64,000 nucleotides of DNA. It comes from Lama guanicoe. Lineage: Eukaryota. The stretch is taken from positions 6,871,220-6,935,219 of the forward strand of contig MU054323.1 in the NCBI GenBank assembly GCA_013239625.1, read 5' to 3'. A program made the translations under genes and the position numbers. The notes below the pieces were generated by a model. The model saw only the letters and a program-made list of their open reading frames with translations, did no database searches and was not told the DNA's origin. This document shows positions 46,380-59,278 of this stretch, piece by piece (position 1 is the first letter of the stretch; every line of letters begins with the position of its first letter).

Positions 46380-49300
46380 TTTTTTTATTAAAGTAAAAAA
46401 TGTATATGTATGTGTGCGTGTGTGTGTATGTGTATAAAGGGCACAAACTTGAAGCCCTTTTTACAGAATGAACACCTCCTGGTAAGTAGATCAGAATACA
46501 GACTATTATCAGTGCCCAGAAGGCTCCCTCTTGTGTCCTTCTGTTCCCTCAGCCACTGTTCTGGTTTCTGTTACCATACATTGGTTTTATTTGGTTTCGA
46601 ACTTCATGTAAATCTAAAAAGTGTAAACTCTGTTATGTCTGGCTTCTTTTGCTGAATGTTATCTCTGTGAGATTCATCCATATTGGTGCGTGCTGTGGTC
46701 ATTCCTTTTTATTGCTGTATAGTTGGTTCCATTTTAGAAAAATCCCACAACTTATTTACTTACTGTACTGTTGGTGATATTTAGGTTATTTGGCTTGTTT
46801 TGCTTTGAGGCTGTTAAGAATAGTGCTGCTGTGAACGCTTTTGTTCCTATCTTTTGATGTAAAAAATATGCTTTTCTATTGAATTGCTGCGTCACAGGGT
46901 ATGCAAATTACCTTTAGTAAATACTGCCAAACAGTATTTGAAAGTGATTGTACCAATTTTACATTCCCAGCAATAGTGTGTAAGGTTTCCCAGCATCTTT
47001 ACCAATACTTGATATTGTGAATTTTAAAAATGTGTCATTCTAGTGAGAGTATAATAGTAAATCATTGTGGATGAATTTGCACTTGCCTAATAACTAATGA
47101 TTTTAAGTACCTGATTGGACACTTGAAAAATCTTCTGTTATGAAGTGAACTTTTCAAGCCTTTTGCAAAATTTTCATTGGGTTGTATCTTGTATTAAATT
47201 GTAGAGTTCTTTACATGTTTTGGATATGAGTTTTTTGTTGTGTGTCTGTATTCTGAATCTTCTCGTAAAGACTTGCCTTTTTTACTTTCTAATGGCATCT
47301 TGTGATGAAAAGAAAGTCTTCCTTTTAATGAAGTTTGACTTAGGAATCTAACTTTATGCTTACCATCCTTGTTTCCTTTTAATAAACCTTTGCCTAACTT
47401 AAGATCATGTAGATACTCAGTATTATTTTCTAAAAGCTTTATTTTAGTTTTTACTTTGGTCAGAATTTCAGTCCATCTGGAACTGGTTTTTGTGTATGGT
47501 GTGAAACAGAGGCCATACTTGATTTCTTTTTTTTCCCACATGGGTATCCAGTTTATCCAGTACCACTTCTTGAAGACCACTCTTTTCCCATTGTATTGTA
47601 GTGGATTTTGGGGTCCACTGTGGACCTGTTTTCTGGATTCTGTTCTGTTCCAATGGTCTGTTTGTCTTTGTGCTGGTACCAGAGGTTTATTACTGTAAGT
47701 TTTGGTAACTTTGGTATAGGTCTTCAGAATTATCTTGGCTATTCTTGGCCTCTAAAATCCCACATAAATTTGGGAATTGGCTGTCAGTTTCCAAGAAGAA
47801 ACCTCCTAGTTTCGATTTGAATTGCACTGAATCTATACATCAATTTGAAGAGAATTGAAATCTTTATAGTATTGTCTTCCAGTCAATGTATGTGGCATGT
47901 CTTCTAGCTTCTTGGGATGAATACTTGTTTTTTAAGTCTTTCTTTTCTCCTGTATGTGTTTAAGGTTATAAATTTCTAAGTGTAGAATCTTAATCCATAT
48001 GGGCCACAATAACAAAAGTGTCATAAACTGGATGACTTACAAGAAATAAATACTTATTTTTCACAGTTGTAGATGCTGTGAAGTCCAAGGTCGTGGCACT
48101 GGCAGATTCAGTGTCTGAGGACTCAGTGATGGTGGTCTTCTCACTGTAACCTTGCATGGCAGAAGGGGCAGGCTAGCTCTTTGGCATCTTTTTTATAATA
48201 GCACAAATCCCATTTATTAGGGCTCCCCCATCATGACCTGATCACTTCCCAAAGGCCCCACCTCCAAATACCATCATGTTGGGCATTAGGTTTCAACATG
48301 AATTTTGAGGGACACAGGCGTTCAGTTTGTAGCACATGACTTCAGCTATATCCCACAAGTTTTGGTATATCATGTTTTCATTATCATTTCAATTCAAAAT
48401 ATTTTTGATTTCCATTGTGATATCTTCTTTGTCCCATGGGTTTATTTTAGAAATACATTGCTTAATTTCTAAAAATTGGGGGATTTGTTAGTAATTTTTT
48501 AGTTACTGATTTATAACTTAATTCCACTGTGATTAAAGAACGTGACCCAGCATGTGGTCAGTTTTGATAAATGTTCCATGTGCTTTAAATGTGGATTTTG
48601 CATTTTTGGGTATTCGCTCTGTATATCAAAGAGACCAAATGTGATCATCATGGTGTTCAAGTACTTTATATTATAGTATCAAATATTTTATATCCTCAAA
48701 ATAAAATATCTAATACTTCACATGACTAATTTACTTGTCAACTTGTTTTATCAGTTAACTGGGATAAATGTGTTGAAATCTCCCACTGTAATTATGGATT
48801 TGTACATTTTTTTACCTTTCATTCTGTTTTACTGTATAGTAGCTACAAACAAATTTAGGATTGTTCTATCTTCCTGGTTGAGTTAACCTTTTATTATTAT
48901 GAAACATTCCCTTTTAATTAAACCTCTTGCCTTAAAGTAAACGTTGTCAAATATGATTACAATTGCAACAGCTCTTGTTGTAAGTAGCATTTAGTTAGGC
49001 ATTTTTAATCAAGCCTGACAGTCTTTGTCTTTTAATTGGAGTATTTAGTGCATGAACTATTAATATGATTACTGACATACTTGATCTCAGTCTACTGTGT
49101 TACTGTTTATTATCCTACTTGTTCTTTGTCTTTTCTCCTTTCTTGCCACCTTTTGGATTGATCTTTTTATTTTTTATTATTCCACTTTTCCATTAGCTTA
49201 ATTAAACATCCTTTAGTATTCATTTAGTGGTTATCCTCAAGAAAACATGCTTTTTCCCTCTCCTTACTAGAGTATACTTCAGATTAGTACTTGTACCACT

Positions 49301-50990
49301 TTCTGGATAATTATAGAACCTTCTAACATCTTTTCTCTCCCACACATCCAACTTTTCATGTTATTGTCATATATTTAATTTTACATATACTTAAACTCTA
49401 TGAAACACTTTTATTGTTTGTACAATCACTATTCCTTTAGAATTACATATATATTTACCCTTTTCAGTGCTCTTTACTACTTCCTACCTTTCCATATTTT
49501 CATCTGGGATTATTTTCCTTCAGTGTAAGTAGTACTTTCAGTATAAGTGTGCTGGAAATAAATCATCTTTTTGTTTGCCTGAAAACACCCTGATATCACT
49601 CTGTTTTTCACATTTAAGGGATAATTTTGCTGTGTACAGAATTATAGATTGAAAGTTAGTTTCTTTTATACTTTAAATACATTTTTCCATTGTCTTCTAG
49701 CTCCATAGTTTCTGTCAGATGTTAGTCTTATTGTTTCAATATAATGTGTCTTTTTCCTTCTGGCTGCTTTTAAGATTCTTTCTTTGGTTTTTAGCAGTTT
49801 TATATCATAATGTGGCTAAGATTGGTTTTCTTTCTTCATCCTGCTTGGTGTTTGTAGTACTCCTTTAATTAATTACTTGCTGGTTTTCATTTATTTAGAA
49901 AATATGGCCATCTCTTTAAATAATGCATGTGCCTCATTTTTTTATTTCTGGAGTTTCTTTTATTGTGACTCATGTCTTATATCCTTACTCTGCTTTAATA
50001 CAGGTATGAAAATGTATCTGTTTTCTACTTATCTTTTCTTATGTGTCCACTTAGCTTTCAGACTTGTTAAATTCCTAATTTTGTTTACTGTATTTTTTGG
50101 GTTTAGACTTTTTCATCTGATTCTTTTTTATGGATTCCAGCCGTTTGGTATGAGTTCTTCGACTTTTAATCTATTTTAATGACTATGCTTAATAACCCAA
50201 ATAGCTGAATCCCCTTGGGTCTGCGTGTGTTGTCTTTTTTCCCCTTGGTTTTCAGTTATATTTTCCTCTTCCCTGATATGCCTGGATATTCTTTTTTTAT
50301 TCAATGATGGGTATTGTATGAAAAAAATATAGTGATTCTGAGCTATGCTCTCTTCTCCAGAAAGAATTTCACTTTTTTTCTGACAGGCAGATTGCATATG
50401 GACATACAGCCTTAATCAATTGGGATGGTCTGTTTCTGGTTTGCCCTTTTTCCTAGGGTGTAGTCCTTTTGAGAGGGGCCTCAATTGAACGCTTGGGTGT
50501 GTTGAAGACAGATCCATTAAGGTCCCTCTTCTTTGGCAAGCCCTGACCGCCAGAACCTCTGCTTAGCGTTTTAACTTTCAGTAGCCTCTTTCTGTTTGGT
50601 TTCTCAGCAATTCTTCACACATAGGCAGTTTAGGATTGGGCAAATGCCTGGAGGGCAAATTGCATGTAGAATGTTGGGTTCCCTTTTCCATGTTTTGGCC
50701 ATAGGAAGGCTCTTTGGTAACCCTGGCCTTCAGTTTGTTTCCCTGGCACCTGAGATAGCTACAGAGTCTAGCCTGCAGCTTTCTGATTGGCCTATATGCC
50801 TTGTGATAGAAATCAGCCAACATTCTGAGGGGAAAAGCCTCAGGGAAAACCCCAGCTCACTTTAGGGCATTTATCTTCAGCCTTCAATCTGGTTATTTTG
50901 GTGGTTCTCTAATGCCTTCGGGCCATTTTCTTTTTGTTTACTTGCATGATTACTTCTTTTTGGTATTTCATCCAAAATTTTGTAAAGCTG
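46380..50990 (-). mobile_element. Fragmented old L1 (L1M-type), antisense, filling a CENPO intron
   Basis: ORF 47194..47580(-) has L1 ORF2-like text (KWYWINW...FTPYTKTSSRW); typical 3'UTR at 46400-47100. Confidence 0.8.
47985..48335. mobile_element. MLT1-type (ERVL-MaLR) solo LTR inside the L1
   Basis: cataaactggatgactta...tcacagttgtagatgctgtgaagtccaagg...tcatgacctgatcacttcccaaaggccccacctccaaatacc is characteristic. Confidence 0.8.
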
Positions 50991-51316
50991 TCTCAGAGGG
51001 AGAGTTAGTCTGATACCATCTACTGGGCCATAGCTCACAGTGTGCAGCATAGTCAGTATCTCTCATCCTGGCACTCGAAAACCTACACAGTCTGACCCAC
51101 ACCAACTTTCCCAGCCTTGCCTTTCGCAGCTGTTTTTGCTCACCCTAGATTTTCCTCACTTCCTTTTCTTTCTCCTCTCACAATACTCTCCATTCCAACC
51201 AAATCCATTCTTCAGGCCAGTACAGTTTGTACTTTTGATTCCTGGCACCACAACCCACAAGATTCTTCCTCTCCTGTGGCTTCATAGCAATAGCTGCTGG
51301 CCTCTGTAGCGTTTCT

Positions 51317-51474
51317 TTTTTTTTATTTATTTAAATTTATTTTTGTTTATTTCTGGGGGGAGTAATTAGGTTTATTTATTTATTATTTTTAGAGGAGGTA
51401 CTGGGGATTGAACCCAGAACCTTGTGCATGTTAAGCATGTGCTCTGCCACTTAATCTATATATGCCCTCCCCCC
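51317..51474 (-). mobile_element. Second tRNA-Ala-derived Vic-1-like SINE
   Basis: gaggtactggggattgaacccag...aagcatgtgctctgccactt, same family as the 4294 copy; imperfect TSD gtagcgtttctt / gtagcagttctt. Confidence 0.8.
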
Positions 51475-51597
51475 GTAGCAGTTCTTGATTTGTGACATGA
51501 TGAAAAAAATACTCTGCATTTACTCTTTTCCAGTGAGGTAAGGGCAGGGACTTTTCTTATGTCCCTTTGTACCCAGTTTGACCTACATATCTTGCAG

Positions 51598-51715
51598 GTT
51601 AAAGCATCTGCTGCCAATGTAGAGTCTGACCAAACATTGGAGATTAGTGAGCAAGAAATTTTGGAGAGAAAACAGGAAAATGTGAAAGCCATTCTACAGG
51701 CATATCGTTTTACAG
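51598..51715 (+). CDS. CENPO: CENPO exon VKASAANVESDQ...AILQAYRFT
   Basis: Acceptor cttgcag|GTT; donor ACAG|gtataa; 118 nt, phase 0/1. Confidence 0.95.
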
Positions 51716-52389
51716 GTATAATTGTTTTGATCTGTTTCAGTCTGGGCCTCTTGTTTCTAGTGAGTTAGTTTGCAAGATGTGTTATTAGTCCTGGACTTAT
51801 TTCATGAACATTAATTTTTGCTTCTCCTAACATACGCACGCAAAGCTGGCATGCTATTCATGGGCAACTTTACCTACACAGTTGGCCTCTCTGTGCAGCA
51901 GGAGATTGGTTGCTGGCTGGCTTAGACTATTCATTTTAGCAATTCAACATGTACTAGACCCTGTACCAGAACCTGTCTTACTGCTGGCTTTTTCTATGCC
52001 ACTAGTCAAATAGTTTGAACCCCTCAAGTCTCTGTTTCACCATTAAAATGGAGATTTATTCTCCCTACCATCTGTATCATAAGAGGATTGTGGGGACAAC
52101 TGGGGACTACCATAAATTACTTGACACTCAGGGAGAAAAAGCATAGGTAAATTGAAAATTTCAAAATCTCTTCCTCAATAATTTGATGTTTAGGGTGTGT
52201 TTTCTTTCCCACCATTCTTCTGTGGTTTTAACACTCAAACTCAAAGTGAGCCAGTGAGTCATTCATTCAACAATCATCTGAGTACATAATGTATGTAGTG
52301 GGCAGTACTGAGGGGACTGGGGTGCACAGATGAATAAGATACTGCCTTTGCCTGACATCTCTTAAGAGGTATCCTCTTGTTTCTCTCAG

Positions 52390-52649
52390 GGATCAGTGGG
52401 AAACTGACCAGCCGAGGAGTCTGTGTTTGTATCAGCACTGCTTTTGAGGGGAATCTCCTGGATTCCTATTTTGTGGACCTTGTCATACAGAAACCACTTC
52501 GGATACATCACCATTCGATTCCAGTCTTCATTCCTCTAGAGGAGATAGCTGCAAAATACTTACAGACTAATATTCAGCACTTCCTGTTTATTCTTTGCGA
52601 ATACCTAAATGCTTACTCTGGGAGGAAGTACCAGGCAGATCGACTTCAG
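52390..52649 (+). CDS. CENPO: CENPO exon GISGKLTSRGVCVCISTAFEG...RKYQADRLQ (RWD-like region)
   Basis: Acceptor ttctctcag|GG; donor CAG|gtatct; 260 nt, phase 1/0; CENP-O/Mcm21 RIHHHSIPVFIPL motif. Confidence 0.97.
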
Positions 52650-53585
52650 GTATCTGAGATCTTAAAGCATTTTGTGAGCCCGCATAGGCTTAAAAGGAAA
52701 AAAAGGGACAAGTTTTCTTTTGTACTTTAAAATGTTTAACTCTGAGCCAGAAATTTGACCATTATCCTTCTAATGCTTGTTTCTTATTTGCATACAAATG
52801 ATTTTCCACCTTCTGTTCTGCTGAAACTCTGGATGATGTTGAAGCATGGATACTGGTTAAGGGGTTTTCACTCATGAGTGGTGGTCCTCAGGTTTTTATA
52901 CTTGACCCTTCCTTCCTCTCACAAAGTGGTAGAGTACAGTTGCTGTACTTCCAATTCAGGAGAGATTTATAGAATCCTCACTGTGTGCCAAGTGTCTTGC
53001 TGAACCTTGGGTACAGATTCAAAGCAGAATAATGGTTTCTGAAATACCATAAGAGGAGCACTGTCCATCTTTGCCTAAGCGCTAGCTAGCTTTCTTAGGA
53101 TTGCAGTTGAACTAGGGGCTAGGGTTGAGGGTTAGAAAAAAAAACTGACAAGAAATGAATGCAAATAGGGAATGAGTGACTCTTAAAAGCTTATTAGCAT
53201 TTCCTTCTTTATGCTTTTGGATAACTCTGAAGCTCCTGGTTGTCAGTTTGATAAACTTAAATTGAAATGTGAATGTAGGCATGAGGCATCTTAACCACAT
53301 GTATGATGTCAGTGAAATTCTTGGCAGAAATAGTATCTCACCTGCAGCCCCAACCCCTGGCCATTTACTTAGTGCTTCCTGCACGCCTTCTAGGCTGCCA
53401 CCAACTCTTAGTTATCTAATCTGTATCAGTTGTTCTTTTTTCAGGTCTTTGCCTGTCCTTCATTTATTTCTCTGAGATTTAATTAACGTGCCCTATTTTT
53501 GGTAGACATGTCTGAAGCGTCACCACCACTCCTTTGGAGCTGTAACTGTCGTATACTTTGTGTCTCTGTTGATTCCCACCATTAG

Positions 53586-53757
53586 AGTGACTTTGCAGCC
53601 TATCTGGCTGGGCCCTTGCAGAGAAACTCACTGTGCAACTTGCTGTCATTTACTTACAAAGTGGAGCCGAAGGACCAGTCCTTCCCATTTTGTGCCAGGC
53701 TGCTGTACAAGGACCTCACAACAGCCCTTCCAACTGATGTCACCGTTACTTATCGAG
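53586..53757 (+). CDS. CENPO: CENPO exon SDFAAYLAGPLQRNSLCNLLSFTYK...LPTDVTVTYR
   Basis: Acceptor cattag|AGT; donor CGAG|gtaagg; 172 nt, phase 0/1; translated by hand. Confidence 0.95.
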
Positions 53758-54518
53758 GTAAGGGGAAGGCTGCTTCCAGGAGGAAATGACAGCAGGCCCC
53801 AAGTTATTCAGGCTGATGGAGACAGGGTGAAGCAGTGAGACTGCATCAGCTGAAACTCTTGAGAAACTTTCTTCTATTGATGTACCATAAACGGAAACAT
53901 ACAAGGACAGGAAAATACCAAGAATATTTTCTTTGTTTCTCCTCTCCTCCTTGTAAGTAGTGAATATAACTCTCCTAGTTTTCCTTCCTGTTTTGCTGTC
54001 TGAGCCTGCCAGTGTTCTTTCAGCTTATGGTTTGTTTTCATCAGAGGGAGACCCCTGAGAGAGGGACAGCTCTTGCGGCTGGTCACAGGGTCACTGGTGA
54101 GGGACCCAGGGCTCACTTCACTGTGAAGCCAGGTAGATGTGACAAGCCCGTGTACACTTAGCTCCCCAGAGACTGTTCTCTGACTGGGAATTGTTCAGGG
54201 ATGGCTGAGAGACATTTGTTGTGACTTTGTTTCAGCTAAATGTACTGTAGAAATGTGATGGGCAATAATGAAAAAAAGGATAAAACGTTTTTAGGAGGCA
54301 GAAATTTTGAGGCCGCCGCAGGTTTCACATCACAGGTTTTAGATTTCTCTGGGCAGAATCTTAAGTTTCTAGTCTCAAAATTTCACTGAACCATTACGGG
54401 GCAAGCCTCTCTCAGCTCCAGATCAAAAAAAAAAGTTATACGAGTCCAGAATATTAATGACCAGATTCTGATCCGTCTAGTCGCACTGAATGGGATTGAT
54501 AGAATCTGTCTTTTTTAG

Positions 54519-54655
54519 GGACGGATGCATCAGCCACCACGTGGGAAGAACAGCGAGCAGCCCATGAACATATGTTTTTTACAAAGCCCCTGCATCAAGT
54601 GTTTACTTCATTTGCAAGAAAAGGAGAAAAGCTGGATATGAGCCTGGTCTCCTAG
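54519..54655 (+). CDS. CENPO: CENPO last coding exon GTDASATTWEEQRAAHEHMFFTKPLHQVFTSFARKGEKLDMSLVS*
   Basis: Acceptor ttttttag|GG; TAG at 54653-54655. The six exons sum to 903 nt, i.e. 300 aa. Confidence 0.95.
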
Positions 54656-55886
54656 AGTGTTAGTGCCATTGGGAGCACTTCAGAAGTGAGTAAACTGGTA
54701 GCGGCACAGTTGTAGGCAAGGTCCTGGGCATGGAAACCTGTTGAAAGGCTCTGACTCCTTGCCTGGGGACTGTCCTTGCAGTAAGCACAGACAGCCACCG
54801 CCTCAGGCTGACGAGGGGTAAGTGTGTGTCTGTAGACGTCGGCATTTTTGGATAGTTCTCCATGATCGCCTAGCGACACGTTATAACAATCAGCGTCACC
54901 TCTTCTGAGATACTGAGTTGATCGTACATTTTAGCTGAAAATCACAGTGGTTTGTAGGGTAAGAGGAAGCATTTGTGGAAGAGGGTGTATGTACCATTCA
55001 ACTGAAAGTATTTCTAGCTTTTATGAAACTTTTAAGTAATTTTGCCTCATTCTTCTGTCTGCAGCTTTTGAAAAGAACGTTTTTTGAACACTTTAGGTGA
55101 GTAGAATGGTATGAACATGAATCATATAGTTAAGGGAAGTGTGTTTCACCTTTGGTTTGGAGCAGTATATTCTAGGTCACTGCTTTCCAAAAAATGTGTG
55201 AGAAAGCACTATGGATAAAATAATTGGAGTTCTATGTATTTAATATCATTTCCTAAAACATGTTAGTAGAGACAGTGTATTAAGTCAGCTATAAAAAAGC
55301 ATGGTCAGAGGTCTACTCGTAACTTGATTGCAAACAGAAGTGGTCCCTCTCCTGCAAGCCGTAGGCCCCGGCTGCTTAGTTGTCTTCCTCACCTCCTAGT
55401 TCAATTAATGTACCTCTTCTTGTAACCATGGCCTCTGCTCTGCTGGTGCTTTTGTTCCTTGGCTTATGGGAGTGTGTGCAGGGCCAGTGCACAGATGTGA
55501 AAACCTGTGTTGTCCTGCCATGCCACTTCTTGTCCCCCACCCTTGGCGCAGTCACAGATAGTATAAGTCACTGCTGCCCTTACTGCCCAAGGCCCAGAGC
55601 TGCATTCTGGCGTCACTGAAAACTGGTCACATCTTAGACCTGAGGGCCATGATACAAGCTCCACACGTGGGAGCTCCAGGTTACTCTGGGAGGAGTGCAG
55701 GGGACTGGTCATGCCAGCTTGACCCACCATTTATAGGGAAGCAGCTTAAGAATGAGAGAGGTTTTGGTTCAGGTTATTGCCTTCCAGGCATGTGGTGAGG
55801 ACCAGTGGGTGGGGGTAGGGGTGGAGGCAAGCACTTCTCAGATGAGGGCTAGTAACAGAATGTGCACAGTGATCACATTCAAGTTG

Positions 55887-55904
55887 AATAAAGCTTTTAA
55901 TAAA
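55887..55904. terminator. Overlapping poly(A) signals: ATTAAA on minus (ADCY3) and two AATAAA on plus (CENPO)
   Basis: Sequence aataaagcttttaataaa: plus-strand AATAAA at 55887-55892 and 55899-55904; minus-strand ATTAAA at 55896-55901. Confidence 0.7.
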
Positions 55905-56658
55905 ACAGTCTTCTTTTTTATCAATACCTGTAAGTTCTCTTTTAAAGCAGTAGCAAAGGCGACTGTAGCAAGAGCTCAGAAGGCAAGGCAATATTGGAGT
56001 GTTTTTTAACAGAAAGTTAAAAATATAAATGTAGAAGATCTGTTTATATATTTTTCTTTCAGAAATAAAGTCCCTTTCCCTCCCTCCCCCAGGTGAAAGG
56101 AAAATATTGCACTTTCTGCTGTCATGACTAAGGTGACTGGGGTTCCAGAAGAACCTTTCAAGATTATCAGGACGAGGGCCATTTCACCTAACTGAGACCA
56201 CAGCGGATGGAAAGCACTGCTTCCCAGGTCTAGCTGGGGAGCAGAGCACCTGCCGCCCTCGTCTTAAGCAGAACTTCCCCGCCTGTGCGCCCAGCCCGGC
56301 CCAAAGGCAGCAGCCTTGTTCCAGCTCCCATAAGTTCCTGCTCACAGTGGCCGTGGCCTCTCGGGGGAAGGAGGGCTGGTCGGAACCTGGGCTCTGGAAG
56401 GATTGTTCAAGGACTATGCCTAAGAGCCCTACTCTCTGGGGAAGCTACAGGCACACAGGAAGAGCCTGGCCACCCTCAGAGCTCACACATCCACGAACAA
56501 ATGAAGGCTTGAGATTTTTAAACCTAAAGTCTATGTGAGTGTGCACTCTAACAGTTGGGGAATGCTGGGACTTGGTCATTTGTCTTTCCCAAGGCCTTTC
56601 TTTGATTCCCCAAAATAAACTCCCTTCCCACTAGGATTCTTGTGGGGCTGGAGGCCAT

Positions 56659-56841
56659 TCAGGAGTTGTCCACTACCTGGTGGGGCAGCGTGATAGAAGA
56701 GCCGTTCGGGAAGGCGCCTGGCTTGTCTCGGCCCTTCAGGAAGAAGGTTAGCAGCTCCCCCTTCCCTTTCACAAAGATGGGCCCCCTCCTCACAAAGCGG
56801 AAGCCGTACTCCCGGAGGATCACTTGGGTTTCTTCCACCAC
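56659..56841 (-). CDS. ADCY3: ADCY3 last coding exon [14 protein letters not shown]...[12 protein letters not shown]...HQVVDNS*
   Basis: Acceptor cgacag|GTG; 183 nt to TGA; cyclase C2 VKGKG motif. Confidence 0.97.
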   Translation of the reverse strand: MVEETQVILREYGFRFVRRGPIFVKGKGELLTFFLKGRDKPGAFPNGSSITLPHQVVDNS

Positions 56842-57410
56842 CTGTCGAGGGAGAGCCAGGACGAGAGCTTGGGGTGAGAGTGAGCCTGGACCAAGGGGCG
56901 GTGGTGGTACCCACACATGAGTCAACTCCCCATCCACACAGCTCTCCCCTGCACGGATGGGGAGAGATGAGGGCAGGAGGAGGGGGTCTGCCTGGGGCTC
57001 CTCTCCCCAAAGATAGTCTTTGTGCTCGCTCTCCTAGGAGGTCAGCCACAGGCCGCCTTGTTGGGGAACTTTTACTCCTGCTTTGCTGTCCCCTTCGCCT
57101 TTTTTATGGAGCTTCCCTGCCAGACCCAGACAATAGAGCTTAGGTGGTTTGGGGGAAGCTGTCGGAGGCACATGATGTCAGAAAGTTCACACTAAGAGGC
57201 AGGATAGTCTTGTCCAGAGTTTAAACCTACATTTTGCACATGGGGGTGGAGTATTTTTCTCTTCTGCTGAGGCATCTCTTCCTACTTACTCTTCATCTCA
57301 GCACTGCCAACTCGATACGCTGGCCCAACAGAAGGGAGGCAGTAGTGCCCGGCAGAACAGGCACTACTCTGGTTTCTGTTCCCTGGACAGAGCACACAGA
57401 CTGGACGTAC

Positions 57411-57535
57411 CTGAATGTTGCCCATGACCCCTGTGGACTCCATCCTGCTGGCAACATTGACTGTATTGCCCCAGATGTCATAGTGTGGTTTCCGGGCTCC
57501 AATGACCCCAGCCAGCACCCCTCCTTTATTCATGC
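57411..57535 (-). CDS. ADCY3: ADCY3 exon [42 protein letters not shown]
   Basis: Class III cyclase signature [16 protein letters not shown]; acceptor cccag|GC; donor CAG|gtacgt; 125 nt. Confidence 0.98.
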
Positions 57536-58133
57536 CTGGGGTAGAGGCACAGAAGTCAGCACAGACCTTGCCACCTGATTCCAACCGCAAAGCTCCTAGT
57601 TTACATGACATTCCTCACCAAGCCTGACTCCAAGTTACCTGAGGACAGAAATCATGTCTCCTAACTCATCCTCCCTCACTACGTGCTTTGCCACCCTGAT
57701 GTGCTAATTTAGTTCAGAAGTTGCCCGTGTCTCTCCCAACACCTGGTACTTCTAGTCTCCTGTGACCTCGCCCAGGATTGAGACCCCCTTCCCAGTACTG
57801 GTGGCAGGTGACAATAATCCTAACAGGCTGGACTAAGGTGACCAAAGCCCTCAGGCACAGAAGAGTCCCTGGAAAGGGCAGACTTCAAGGCCCGACCAGA
57901 TTTAGAAGGAAGGCCATCGTAAAGAGCATGGGACAGGGATGGCTGATCATTATTTCATGTTTTCAGTTTGATGATCTGGACCTAAAAACCCTTAAGGTCC
58001 CTTCCAGCTTGATGAGTGTGACCCTCCCCAACTGAAATGCCTCGGGCCTTTCTGAGCCTCTGTCCTTCCGGATCTGCCGAGTCCCCTGCTTCAGGAAGGA
58101 GCCTGGCAGGAGCAGGGGGCTTAGAGGCCTTAC

Positions 58134-58257
58134 CGATGCGCAGCATGAAGTTGTTGAAGGACTGGTTGTTGATGTTGGTGAGTGTGTCCTTCATGGCGAG
58201 CGCAAAGTCCGCCAGATCTGCCAGGTGCTGCCAGCGCTCCTTGTCCGACTTCTCCTC
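58134..58257 (-). CDS. ADCY3: ADCY3 exon [23 protein letters not shown]...FNNFMLRI
   Basis: Acceptor gtgcag|GAG; donor ATCG|gtaagg; 124 nt. Confidence 0.96.
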
Positions 58258-59158
58258 CTGCACCAGAGAGCAACGGTGAGGTCCAGTCCGGGCCCCTCCT
58301 TCCTCCCACAGAGGGACCAGGGACCTCTAGCTCCAGCTCATCACTGTGACAGAGTTCATCTGGGTCCTTCCAGGTCCAGGGCAAAGACTGGGCAGTGGAG
58401 GCAGGGAAGACAGCTGGCCCAGCTGCTTTCTGTCTGCCAGGTACCTGATCAGGATTCGTGTCTCGTCACCACCCTGTCTGTGCCTGGTCTTTGAGTTTTG
58501 TAAAGTTGTCCTCATTTTGATTCCTCAACTAGAGAAGCACTTGAGGGTGACGACGCACCCTTGACATGTTTCTTTAACCTCATCCATCAAATGGAGACGG
58601 CAATAGGACTTACATCGTATAGCACAGTTGTAAGATAAGATAGGATAATGTCTTAAGAACATTCCTTGGGGCCAGGGTCCCCAGCTCATTTCCTCTCATT
58701 CTGGAAGCTAAACAGCTGGCCCCACAGGTCCTAATTAACAAGAACAGGCTGTCAGCCAGTGGGCACCAGGGACTCCCCTCTTCTAACAGATCCAACTCCC
58801 CCACCTGGACATCTTCATGTTACAGAATTGTGTAGATGGGTCCTGTTCCCAGTTCTGATTAAAGTGTAGGGCGCTAATGGGACGTGGCCACAGTTACACA
58901 AACCATCTCATGCCTGGCCTAAGCTATGGAACAGTATTGGGGGGTTGTGTGTGTTCCTCTGTGCTCACTCAACTCAGTGAACTCCATTTTATATTTGTAC
59001 CACATGGTGCTAGTGGGTGTGTGTCTGGGACCCCTCTCACAGCAGCACTTGATAGCAGCTACTCATAACTTACTGCATCCTCCATGCTACGCATGAGCTG
59101 CCTTTCTCCTACCTCGGGAGGCAGGGCCCCATCTCTAGCCAGTGAGCTGGTTAGCTAC

Positions 59159-59278
59159 CTTGTTGGAGCTGGTGAAGCCGTTGGTGTTGACATCGGGGGT
59201 GACTCCTGAAGCTGCCATGTAGGTGCTGCCGATGGTTTTGATCTTGGTGATGACCCGGAATTTGGGGTTGTCCAAGAG
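59159..59278 (-). CDS. ADCY3: ADCY3 exon [40 protein letters not shown]
   Basis: [14 protein letters not shown] motif; acceptor cttcag|CTC; donor AAG|gtagct; 120 nt. Confidence 0.97.
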
